Made by a program: the position numbers and the translations under genes. The notes beneath the pieces are model-generated. The model searched no databases. It saw only the letters and a program-made list of their open reading frames with translations, and was not told the origin of the DNA. 64,000 bases of DNA, taken from positions 1 to 64,000 of IMG/VR virus record IMGVR_UViG_3300042301_004349; one strand, 5' to 3'. This document shows, one piece after another, positions 36,050 through 44,901 of this stretch; positions within the stretch are counted from its first letter, which is position 1; every line of letters begins with the position of its first letter. The stretch is from a virus.

Positions 36050-37504
36050 CTATTTTGCTATTAAATAAGGATTATAATTTAAAGGTTGTTCAGGAGTTTT
36101 AACATGTATTAGTTCATATGAATATCTTGGTTGAAATTTTTCAAGAGTTTCTTCAATACCACTAATAACATTTTTAGACATCCATCTAGCAGACATCATT
36201 GATTCATCTGATGTTACCCATTCACGAGCAGCTTTACCTCTTTCTTCAAAATTTTGAGGTGTGATTGTTTTAAGACCATATAATACTGATATTTGTTCAG
36301 CAATGTCTTCTGGTGTTATCCTATCATCAAATATATAAGGTGTTGGTTGTGAGCCTACTAAACTTAGATTATTTGGGAATATCGGGAAAGCCCATTTGCC
36401 ACAGTTTTTATATTTACCTCTATGATTTGATCCAAATTCAGGAGTGAATTTAATCCATTTACCATTTTCATCTTCAAAACGCATTTGGTCTTGCATACCT
36501 CCAGTTACGGTTGCTATAATAGGTTTACCTACCATCATTGCCTCAGTTAAAGACAATCCCCATCCTTCATTACTACTAGGTAATATAGTGGCATCACAAG
36601 AATTATAAAGTAAATTCATTACCTGCACTGGTTGTTTACCTTGGGATATGATAATACTTTTATCGTTTCTTCCAAAAAGCATTTCTTTAACTGCAATCAA
36701 ATCACTACCATGTTCATCTTTAGGTTGTGTGTGCATTACTAAGCAAACCTTGTCTGCTTGTTTTGGTGATAATGTATCTAAGAATAATTTCCAACCTAAC
36801 ATCAAATCAGGAACTGATTTGCGTCTTATGTTTCTAGCATTATATAATAAACTAAAATCATATTCTTTTTCACTGAATAATTGTTTTTTGTACTCTTGTA
36901 AAGCTAAATATTCAGGTTTAGTTTCATCAATTGGATAGAAATGATCTTCATTTATACCATGAGGCACATATTTAATCACTTTCTCTTCAGCTACATCTCC
37001 CAATACTACTCTATTAATGTTTTCTGTTTGTTTGCTGATTGCAAATAAAGTATCACATGATTCATAGTATGATTTGTTATACATTGGGTATGGAATACTA
37101 TCCCAAATATTTAAATAAATAAGTGGAACTTGTTTTCTTAACTCATGTTCAAACTGAAATAACCAAATCCAGTATCTAGGATCTGTGAAAATCATTATTG
37201 CATCTGGTTTTTCTAAATGCATTATTTGTTTAACATATTCTATAGTACCATATCCTTTAACGGGATAAATAAATACACTAGCATCTTCAATCTTAGCATA
37301 TTCATTAGTACTAGCACATATGTCCATCTTTTTACCTTCTTCAGGGTGGTTTACACCACCTCCTAAGTTGACCCAATTAAAGTGATGAGCGGTACCCACT
37401 ACTATTTCTCTAGCCATAGTGGATATACCGCTCGTCATTCTAATATCATCACAAAGTAATAAGATTTTTTTTCTTTGTTCTTGTGGGATATAACCTTCTT
37501 TCAT
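36050..37504 (-). CDS. GT-B (GT4-like) glycosyltransferase
   Basis: VPHG, RNIRRK, NEGWGLSLTEAM, TGGMQDQ. Confidence 0.9.
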   Translation of the reverse strand: MKEGYIPQEQRKKILLLCDDIRMTSGISTMAREIVVGTAHHFNWVNLGGGVNHPEEGKKMDICASTNEYAKIEDASVFIYPVKGYGTIEYVKQIMHLEKPDAIMIFTDPRYWIWLFQFEHELRKQVPLIYLNIWDSIPYPMYNKSYYESCDTLFAISKQTENINRVVLGDVAEEKVIKYVPHGINEDHFYPIDETKPEYLALQEYKKQLFSEKEYDFSLLYNARNIRRKSVPDLMLGWKLFLDTLSPKQADKVCLVMHTQPKDEHGSDLIAVKEMLFGRNDKSIIISQGKQPVQVMNLLYNSCDATILPSSNEGWGLSLTEAMMVGKPIIATVTGGMQDQMRFEDENGKWIKFTPEFGSNHRGKYKNCGKWAFPIFPNNLSLVGSQPTPYIFDDRITPEDIAEQISVLYGLKTITPQNFEERGKAAREWVTSDESMMSARWMSKNVISGIEETLEKFQPRYSYELIHVKTPEQPLNYNPYLIAK

Positions 37505-37511
37505 AACGTAG

Positions 37512-37706
37512 TTAGTCTTCTTTTTTTAATTGAGTGTTTAGTTGGTTGTGTACCATTTTGCGAAATTCTTCATCAGTTAAATATAAATACATTGCACGCT
37601 CTGTTAATTTCTGGATGCTGAATTTATGTTTAACACAGGCTATTTTGAATTCTTCAAATAACGATTCAGGCACCTTTACACTGGTTAATTGCATTTTTTC
37701 TGCCAT
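37512..37706 (-). CDS. ribbon-helix-helix DNA-binding protein
   Basis: LTSVKV strand followed by two helices. Confidence 0.7.
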   Translation of the reverse strand: MAEKMQLTSVKVPESLFEEFKIACVKHKFSIQKLTERAMYLYLTDEEFRKMVHNQLNTQLKKED

Positions 37707-37748
37707 AGTTTGTAGTTTTTATATATTCGGATATAAATATATAAACTT

Positions 37749-38690
37749 TTAGGAAACTACGATTTTGTCGCAAAGCTCTGGTTTATCCATATAAGGACAC
37801 CATTTACATGAGCTTTCACCAACATTCTTAATATATGATTTTATTTGTGGTTTTCCAACACTATCAAAACAATCTTTAAGAAAATTATTAAAATTATCTA
37901 TTGCTTGCTTTCGTTTGATTTTCCCACTTGCTGGTTTAAATGATTGAACCCTTGGGGTTGGGTATTCTGATTGTTCCCATATTTTACGTTTAACGATAAA
38001 ATATTCTACTTCAATCTTTTCAATATCAACCCCAAATTGTTTTGAAAAGTACTCCTTGTATAATAATACTTGAGCAATTTTACTATCATCTTTTTTTTCT
38101 CTATCACCCCACCCTCTTGTTGATGTTTTGATGTCATATATATAAATTTTATCTAAATCTTCATCATATAATACAAAATCGATAAATCCTTTTAAAAACA
38201 CATTATTAGCAACATTCGTTAATATTGGTATTTCAATACCTAATAATTTTACTCGACGGATGGTAAATAATACGTTTCTATTTTTCTTAATCCATTTCAT
38301 TATAGCAACAGCATCCTCATAAAACTCTCCCATTTCTTGAGGAGTGGTAAAATGAGCTCCCATTTTTTTATATTCTTTAGAATATACTTCTGAGAATTTA
38401 GCTTGAAATAGTTCTTCTAGATCCATTCTATCAGCTGCTGCTCCACTCACATTATACATCGTTTCAAGATACGATTGTATAGTTTCGTGAAATGCGGTTC
38501 CAAACACAGTATGTATACTAGCTTGGTATGGTTGTTTATTTTCTACATAAGTTAAATACCACTTATGAGGACATGAAGCCCACATAGTATATTGAGAATA
38601 AGATACAGTTTTGTGAAATGCAAGATTAACCTCAGGTTGTTGGTGGTTTTTTATCTTAAGTTCAACTTCAGATAGTTTCTTTTTTGCCAC
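37749..38690 (-). CDS. PD-(D/E)XK nuclease, Cas4/AddB-like
   Basis: CPHKW, FGTAFH, GFID..YDIKT, CKWC..C. Confidence 0.88.
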   Translation of the reverse strand: MAKKKLSEVELKIKNHQQPEVNLAFHKTVSYSQYTMWASCPHKWYLTYVENKQPYQASIHTVFGTAFHETIQSYLETMYNVSGAAADRMDLEELFQAKFSEVYSKEYKKMGAHFTTPQEMGEFYEDAVAIMKWIKKNRNVLFTIRRVKLLGIEIPILTNVANNVFLKGFIDFVLYDEDLDKIYIYDIKTSTRGWGDREKKDDSKIAQVLLYKEYFSKQFGVDIEKIEVEYFIVKRKIWEQSEYPTPRVQSFKPASGKIKRKQAIDNFNNFLKDCFDSVGKPQIKSYIKNVGESSCKWCPYMDKPELCDKIVVS

Positions 38691-38943
38691 TAATTTCCTG
38701 TTTAATTTTTTCTAAATATAAAATTGCATCCATATGCTCTTGTTTGGCATGTTCAATCCATTCAAGAATCGATAGATCGGTACGATCAAGATCAACACCA
38801 TATTTTTTCTTACCCATAAGGGCTCTTGATGTAAATTGATCAATAATTGAGCTTACAACTGAATCTAATTCATGTAATACACCATTATCGTCTTCAACAC
38901 AGTAATTTCCTTCAAAGGGGTGGCGTTGTTCTTTATTTTCCAT
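38668..38943 (-). CDS. small helical phage protein, possibly MazG-like nucleotide pyrophosphatase fold
   Basis: GKKKYG..LDRTD...EHAKQEHMDAILY. Confidence 0.55.
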   Translation of the reverse strand: MENKEQRHPFEGNYCVEDDNGVLHELDSVVSSIIDQFTSRALMGKKKYGVDLDRTDLSILEWIEHAKQEHMDAILYLEKIKQEISGKKETI

Positions 38944-39307
38944 TGATTTGTGATATTATATTGTTTAATTCGTCTTTAGGAAGCATTGAAATATATTCTT
39001 TTGCTTCCTTCTTACTTACTTCAAAATACAATGATACTGCCTCTATTTCGCCAGCATCAAATTCAGCTTTATTTTTAGCTTTGATATATTTAAGATACTT
39101 GTATTGTTTTGGGATAATATCTCTATACAAATTATACAGATACTCCCCTTTCATTTGCCAAGTATTCTTTTGAACCACATTAACAACCTCACAATAATCA
39201 GGATCCATACTGAGAAAACGATTAATCATCCAGTTGTTCCATCCTTCATCACCTAAGTATGCTCCTTTATTAGTTGTGATATTCTTAATGTGGTCAAATA
39301 TATTCAT
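38933..39307 (-). CDS. clamp loader small subunit (gp62-like)
   Basis: WMINRFLSM...YFEVSKKEAKEY; near clamp loader large subunit. Confidence 0.75.
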   Translation of the reverse strand: MNIFDHIKNITTNKGAYLGDEGWNNWMINRFLSMDPDYCEVVNVVQKNTWQMKGEYLYNLYRDIIPKQYKYLKYIKAKNKAEFDAGEIEAVSLYFEVSKKEAKEYISMLPKDELNNIISQINGK

Positions 39308-39576
39308 TAGTATTGTCTTGTATTTTGTAACACGTCATTTTTTAATTTATCAATACGACTTGTAAAGTGGCTGTATTGAGATTTGATTTGCTTATCTAGA
39401 TTATCATTGATTGCTCTTTGGAGATTTTCCGCTCGTTCAGTTTGAGAATGATTATCATAGATTTGTTGACCTAATTCATTTATTTGGTCTTGGAGTTTAT
39501 CCATTCTTTTGGCGCTATAATATGCTGTAACGGCATTGGCTACTGCTATTATAAGTAATGCTATTGATGTTATCAT
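39307..39576 (-). CDS. membrane-anchored coiled-coil protein
   Basis: N-terminal TM plus heptads. Confidence 0.65.
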   Translation of the reverse strand: MITSIALLIIAVANAVTAYYSAKRMDKLQDQINELGQQIYDNHSQTERAENLQRAINDNLDKQIKSQYSHFTSRIDKLKNDVLQNTRQY

Positions 39577-39579
39577 AAT

Positions 39580-39858
39580 TTAAAATTTAATAATTCGTCC
39601 ACCTTCTTCTTCAGGTTCAGTGGGTTGTGATTGTGTTTGTTGTCTCATTTGTATTGGTAGAAATTCTGCATTTACATTACCACAAGCCATACAAGCAAAC
39701 ACTTGAATAGGAATCAAAGCATCTTGTGCTGTTCCTGTTAATAATCGAGATGCTTTTCTAAGCAATACTCCTTCTTGGAAGACTTGACTACCACACTTAT
39801 CACAAGATACAGGTGATGTTTTGTCTAAACCAATGTTTAGGTTCATTTGTTGATCCAT
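39580..39858 (-). CDS. zinc-ribbon protein
   Basis: CDKC...CMAC. Confidence 0.7.
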   Translation of the reverse strand: MDQQMNLNIGLDKTSPVSCDKCGSQVFQEGVLLRKASRLLTGTAQDALIPIQVFACMACGNVNAEFLPIQMRQQTQSQPTEPEEEGGRIIKF

Positions 39859-40778
39859 TATAATACTTGTTTTTGATTTGTTTCTAATACTTTGGCTATA
39901 CAAGCAGCAAAGTTAATTTCTTTATCAGGTACAACACCTGCTCTCCAAATAAAATCATCCAATATAACTGATAATTGAGCATCATTACCATAACTAAATT
40001 CAGTTAGATGGTCAAACATATAGCGATAAGCCGTTTGAAAGTCGTCTATTTGAGCATCAGCTACAAGTTGGCGTACTTGATACCAAGCGTTTTTCTCGCG
40101 TTTAGATAGTATTTGAACCAATTGTTTAGTCCAATTATCATCTAAAGCAGTAATAACTAATTTACTTTCCTTAACGTTAGATTGTAATACTTTAATTACA
40201 GAACGAATATCAGGATAAAATTCATTAATAACTCTAGCCACATCAGCCATTTCATATGTAACACCTTCAACATCTAAAATGTTGATGCATATGTGTTTTG
40301 CAACAGCACCTTTAGTTGGTGGTTTTAACATATGTAATTCACAACGTGATTGTAATGGCTCAATTAAACGCTCAACATAATTACAAGTCAATATAAAGCG
40401 AGTATATGCTGAATATTCCTCAATTAGATTACGTAGTGCTGCTTGAGCTGGTTGTGTTAAGAAATCAGCCTCATCTAGGATTACTACTTTAATAGGCTGG
40501 AATGATGCTGTTGAGGCAAATCCCTTTACTTTATCTCTAATAGTATCAATCCCATTCTCATCGCTAGCATTGAGGTAAAGATAGTCGCATTGAATATTTC
40601 CTACAATTAGTTTAGCTAATGTAGTTTTACCTGTACCTGCGCTGCCAGCAAATATGAAATGGGGGATATCGTTTTTAGCAATACAATCGGCAATACGGTC
40701 TTTAACAGCATCGTTACCAATGTATTGTTCTAATGTTTGGGATCTATATTTCTCAATCCAGAGTGTGTGTTGTCTCAT
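39858..40778 (-). CDS. clamp loader AAA+ subunit (RFC/gp44-like)
   Basis: WIEKYR, GSAGTGKT, LNASDENG, LDEAD, LQSRC. Confidence 0.95.
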   Translation of the reverse strand: MRQHTLWIEKYRSQTLEQYIGNDAVKDRIADCIAKNDIPHFIFAGSAGTGKTTLAKLIVGNIQCDYLYLNASDENGIDTIRDKVKGFASTASFQPIKVVILDEADFLTQPAQAALRNLIEEYSAYTRFILTCNYVERLIEPLQSRCELHMLKPPTKGAVAKHICINILDVEGVTYEMADVARVINEFYPDIRSVIKVLQSNVKESKLVITALDDNWTKQLVQILSKREKNAWYQVRQLVADAQIDDFQTAYRYMFDHLTEFSYGNDAQLSVILDDFIWRAGVVPDKEINFAACIAKVLETNQKQVL

Positions 40779-41140
40779 AACTTATTTTGATGTTTAATAA
40801 CATTATTAATATACGCTTCTATATTTGCCTTACCAACTGGGTTTGCAGAGTGGCAATTCCATGTGGGGAACGGTATATTATGGTCAAGGCAATATTCACC
40901 TAGCCATTTAGCAGCATCATAACCACTTAATGTTTCTTTCTTCTGCTCTCTAGCTTTGCGTTTAGACATTCCTGCCTCTACTTTAGCTTTAGCTACATCT
41001 TCTCCCAAATCATGGTCGAATGATACTTCATCAGGAATCCCATTTAATCTAACCCACGCTACAAAATCTTTGTAGTTACGAACAATAACCCACCCCTCTG
41101 TTTGAGGGGTGCGGATATCGTCCAAGTATAATTTCTTCAT
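40775..41140 (-). CDS. receiver-like domain (cyclic-phosphate-processing family)
   Basis: LYLDDIR, SFDHDLG, GYDAAKWL, HSANPVG. Confidence 0.8.
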   Translation of the reverse strand: MKKLYLDDIRTPQTEGWVIVRNYKDFVAWVRLNGIPDEVSFDHDLGEDVAKAKVEAGMSKRKAREQKKETLSGYDAAKWLGEYCLDHNIPFPTWNCHSANPVGKANIEAYINNVIKHQNKL

Positions 41141-41149
41141 GGGGTAAAA

Positions 41150-42778
41150 TTACATCCCAAATCCTGCCATACCACCCATGTCATTGTCCTTTTTCTCATT
41201 AGGTTTTTCATGGATAACACATTCAGTCATCAATAATGTAACTGCAGCTGCAGCAGCGTTTTCAAGGGCGCAACGAACTACTTTAGTTGGATCGATGATA
41301 CCTGAATCAAATGCATCTACAATTGCTCCTTTGCTAATATCTGGTACCATGTTTTTAGTTTTAATTAATTGCATCCACCAATCGCTAGAATCTTCACCAG
41401 CATTAGTTAAGATTTGATTAAATGGTTTACCACAAGCCATAAACACGATTTGTTTACCTTTACTTTTATCATCACTTCCTAATGAATTGTTGATATCAAG
41501 TGCTTTTCTAGCTTGTAATAAAGCAACTCCAGCACCTGGTAAAATACCTTCTTCAAGAGCAGCTTTTGTTGCTTGTAAAGCATCGTCAATACGATCTTTC
41601 TTTTCTTCGATTTCAATTTCATTACCACCACCAACATTGATAATAGCAACACCACCAACCATTTTACCTAAACGCTCTTGATATTTTTCAATCTCATAAG
41701 GTGTAGTGTCTGGTTTGTCCATTTGAGCTTTAATATTCAAGATACGCTCTTCAATCTTATCAACATTACCTTTACCATCAACAATTGTAGTTGTATCTTT
41801 TCCAACAGTAGCAACTCTAGATTTACCTAACCAGTTAATATCTAGTTTAGCTAATGTCATACCTTTATCAGATGAAATAACCTGACCTCCAGTTAATGTA
41901 GCAATGTCTTCCAAAATTGCTGTTCTACGATCTCCAAATTCAGGAGCCTTAACAGCACATACTTGCAATACACCTCTAGCTTTATTCATTACTAGGGTAG
42001 CAAGTGCTTCACCATCAATGTCTTCAGCAATAATTAAAAGAGATTTACTCTCAGTAGAAACACGTTCAAGTAGTGGAAGTAAATCCTTAACTGCACTAAT
42101 ACGTTTGTCATAAATTAAAATATAAGGATCATTTAAAGTAACTTGCATTGAGTTATTATCAGTTACAAAGTAAGGTGATTTATAACCTCTATCAAATTGT
42201 AAACCTTCTACAACCTCAAGTGTTGTTTCACCTGTACGTGATTTTTCTACTGTTACTACTCCATCTCTACCTACTTTATCAATTGCTGTTGCAACGATAT
42301 TACCAATTTCTTCATCACCATTTGCTGATAATGTAGCAATTTGTTTAATTTGGTTTTCGTCAGTTACATCTACTGACATTGATTTTAATTCATCAACTAC
42401 AATCTTAACTGCCTCTTCAATACCACGTTTTACCTGAGTAGCATTAGTTGAAGCATAAGCTGTCGCTTGTAAGGCCTGTGTTGCAATTGAATAAGCTAGT
42501 ACTGTTGATGTTGTTGTACCATCACCTGCTTGATCAACCGTTTTAGATGCTGCTTGTTTAATAACAGTAGCTGCCATGTTTTCAATTGGATCTTCCAATG
42601 TAATTGACTTAGCTACAGTTACACCATCTTTTGTTGATGCTACTTGGCCATATTCTTTTTCAATTAATACGTTACGTCCAAAGGGACCCATCGTAGTTGC
42701 TACAGCTTTGTAGACCTTGTCTACACCTTCCTGTAGTTTTTCTTTTGCTTCGCGATCGAAACTGATTATTTTACTCAT
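41150..42778 (-). CDS. groEL: chaperonin GroEL
   Basis: TKDGVTVA, GDGTTT, FDRGY, GIIDP, GGM tail. Confidence 0.98.
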   Translation of the reverse strand: MSKIISFDREAKEKLQEGVDKVYKAVATTMGPFGRNVLIEKEYGQVASTKDGVTVAKSITLEDPIENMAATVIKQAASKTVDQAGDGTTTSTVLAYSIATQALQATAYASTNATQVKRGIEEAVKIVVDELKSMSVDVTDENQIKQIATLSANGDEEIGNIVATAIDKVGRDGVVTVEKSRTGETTLEVVEGLQFDRGYKSPYFVTDNNSMQVTLNDPYILIYDKRISAVKDLLPLLERVSTESKSLLIIAEDIDGEALATLVMNKARGVLQVCAVKAPEFGDRRTAILEDIATLTGGQVISSDKGMTLAKLDINWLGKSRVATVGKDTTTIVDGKGNVDKIEERILNIKAQMDKPDTTPYEIEKYQERLGKMVGGVAIINVGGGNEIEIEEKKDRIDDALQATKAALEEGILPGAGVALLQARKALDINNSLGSDDKSKGKQIVFMACGKPFNQILTNAGEDSSDWWMQLIKTKNMVPDISKGAIVDAFDSGIIDPTKVVRCALENAAAAAVTLLMTECVIHEKPNEKKDNDMGGMAGFGM

Positions 42779-42781
42779 AGT

Positions 42782-43072
42782 TTATTTTTCTAATACAATT
42801 AACAAATCTGTTTCCTTCATAATAATATATTCCACATCATCAACAGTAACCTTGTTACCCCCGAATGAAGGAAATACCACAACATCTCCTACCTTAAGTG
42901 TTGTTGGAACAAAAGCCCCTGTTTCTGTTGCCCTACCAGGACCAATTTCCACAATCTCACCTTGTAGTGGTTTTTCTTTACCTAAGTCAGCAACAACAAT
43001 ATTGCCATACTTTTGTTCTTGATTTTCATCTTGTTTAATCACAACGTGATTATGTAATGCTTTTATTTTCAT
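42782..43072 (-). CDS. groES: co-chaperonin GroES
   Basis: EKPLQGEIVEIGPG, LKVGDVV. Confidence 0.95.
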   Translation of the reverse strand: MKIKALHNHVVIKQDENQEQKYGNIVVADLGKEKPLQGEIVEIGPGRATETGAFVPTTLKVGDVVVFPSFGGNKVTVDDVEYIIMKETDLLIVLEK

Positions 43073-43099
43073 TGTTTTATTTATTTTATAACTAAAATG

Positions 43100-43791
43100 A
43101 AGATACTGACAGGTCTTCGGTTTTCAAAACTTATTTTATTGTAACTTTTTTAGGCTTGTTTTCTTTAGCAAATGGAATTTCTAAAATTAACAATCCTTTT
43201 TCTAAAGTAGCAACCATTTTTTGTAAGTCATACTTACTTGAGATTTTAATCCCAATATCAAAACTTGCTTTTTTAATTGTTCTTAACAAGTATCTATACT
43301 CGTTCTTTTCTGATTCTTCATCCTTATCTGTTTTACGATAAGCCACACGTAGTGTTTCTGAATCCACAATTATATCCAGATCTTCTTTGTCTAGACCTAC
43401 TGCTGCAATTTCTATCAGCAGCCCATTTTCTGTTTCTTGAATATCGCAAGGAATACTTGCTACTTTTTCCTTAATAGGACGATACCCTGCATTACTATCG
43501 AAGAAAGATTTCCATAATAGATCCCATTCTTCATTGTAATTCCAAAAGTCGTCGTATGTTGGTTGGATTAATGAATTACCACTATTAAAAATTGAAGTGG
43601 TACCAATAGCTGGAGAGTAACCAAATGTGAGGCTTGTATTGCCTGATGTTGTGTTGAATACGGCTGATGTGCTTGTTCCTTGCAAGGTAACAGGGACATC
43701 CCCAAAGTTTGTTTTTGTCATTTTTTAAACGTTTGTGCTTCCCTAAGGTAAGCGGTTGATAGATAAATAAATAAGACCTGTCAAGTATCTT
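43100..43791. repeat. 18/19-bp inverted repeat flanking the Hsp20 gene (arms 43100-43117 and 43773-43791)
   Basis: AAGATACTGACAGGTCTT versus AAGACCTGTCA(A)GTATCTT. Confidence 0.85.
43131..43721 (-). CDS. small heat shock protein (Hsp20) with long N-terminal extension
   Basis: DIQETENGLLIEIAAVGLDKEDLDI...ATLEKGLLILEIP. Confidence 0.9.
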   Translation of the reverse strand: MTKTNFGDVPVTLQGTSTSAVFNTTSGNTSLTFGYSPAIGTTSIFNSGNSLIQPTYDDFWNYNEEWDLLWKSFFDSNAGYRPIKEKVASIPCDIQETENGLLIEIAAVGLDKEDLDIIVDSETLRVAYRKTDKDEESEKNEYRYLLRTIKKASFDIGIKISSKYDLQKMVATLEKGLLILEIPFAKENKPKKVTIK

Positions 43792-43811
43792 AAATATAAA
43801 TATATACGAGC

Positions 43812-44534
43812 TTAAATTTTTGCTAACATCACATAAGATGATTTTTGTCCATCTTCACTTGCAAAATCTAATTTCATTGCCCCTTCATTGCTAACCCACA
43901 TAGTGCCTGCTGCTCCGTAATTAGCATCAAAAATAGACTTTAAATATTCTGCATTGAATTGTAATGGTGTTTGAATACCATCTTTTGATTCCAATGGCAC
44001 TTCCTCAAAATCAATCTTATTTGAATGGCCTTCGGGTTCGCCTAAAGTGAAATTAATTATTTTACCTGTGTCTTTTGATGATAAACTAATAGTGCAAAAT
44101 TCACTACCTAATGCTTTCTTAGCTTTAATCCATTTACCAATAAATTCATTTGTAATACCGAATGAATAATCGCTTTCAAATTCCTCAACTGTAAAGTTTA
44201 CTTGTGGTGCTAACATCAAATTAGCAAGCGCATACTCTAAGTTGTATTCATTGTCGGCTACTAATAGTTTAGTGGCGATGTTGCCTTGGAATTGTATATC
44301 CGTAGTAAGGAATTGGTTACATATACCAACAAGCTTTAGAAATTTACTTGTGTCAAATATAACAAACTCACTATCGACTAATTCAACAGGACCTGTTACT
44401 ACACCTACCATATCTTTAGTGGCAGAGAATGTCTTGATAGTTGCTACCTTATCTTTAACACTCCATCTTACTTTTTCACCTACTCCATTTAAGTAGTACT
44501 TGTCTATCAATGAGACGAATGATTGTTTTTCCAT
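43812..44534 (-). CDS. DNA sliding clamp (gp45/PCNA-like)
   Basis: size, FNAEYLKSIF, context next to PolB and clamp loaders. Confidence 0.75.
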   Translation of the reverse strand: MEKQSFVSLIDKYYLNGVGEKVRWSVKDKVATIKTFSATKDMVGVVTGPVELVDSEFVIFDTSKFLKLVGICNQFLTTDIQFQGNIATKLLVADNEYNLEYALANLMLAPQVNFTVEEFESDYSFGITNEFIGKWIKAKKALGSEFCTISLSSKDTGKIINFTLGEPEGHSNKIDFEEVPLESKDGIQTPLQFNAEYLKSIFDANYGAAGTMWVSNEGAMKLDFASEDGQKSSYVMLAKI

Positions 44535-44535
44535 A

Positions 44536-44874
44536 TTATTTCCAAAATATTTGAATTAAAATTATAACAACTCCTAGGCTTAAACAAGTAAGTGTTTTAG
44601 GAGTTAGAGGCTCATCAAACATATAATGAGACATGATTGTGAATACTGCTACTCCAATACCAAATCCAATTAAACGTGAAGGCCATATAGCACCATCATA
44701 TGCTGCTACAAAATATTTTACAGAATACATAAATAATAGCGAAATAGGTACTCCCATACATGCTACTAATAATGTATTGTTTTTAAACCATTCATATTTA
44801 ATTTGTCCTTGTAATTGGAGAAATGTAATGATTTGAGCTAACAGACCAAATATAAAACCTTTGAATAAATTCAT
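44536..44874 (-). CDS. four-TM membrane protein (SMR/DMT-like)
   Basis: four hydrophobic helices, FDEPLT. Confidence 0.65.
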   Translation of the reverse strand: MNLFKGFIFGLLAQIITFLQLQGQIKYEWFKNNTLLVACMGVPISLLFMYSVKYFVAAYDGAIWPSRLIGFGIGVAVFTIMSHYMFDEPLTPKTLTCLSLGVVIILIQIFWK

Positions 44875-44901
44875 AACGTGAATATACGATTAATATTTGG
44901 A

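Noticed and set aside
37749-38690. CRISPR-Cas system suggested by the Cas4-like gene
   Set aside because: No repeat-spacer array or other cas gene visible; solo Cas4-like nucleases are common in phages
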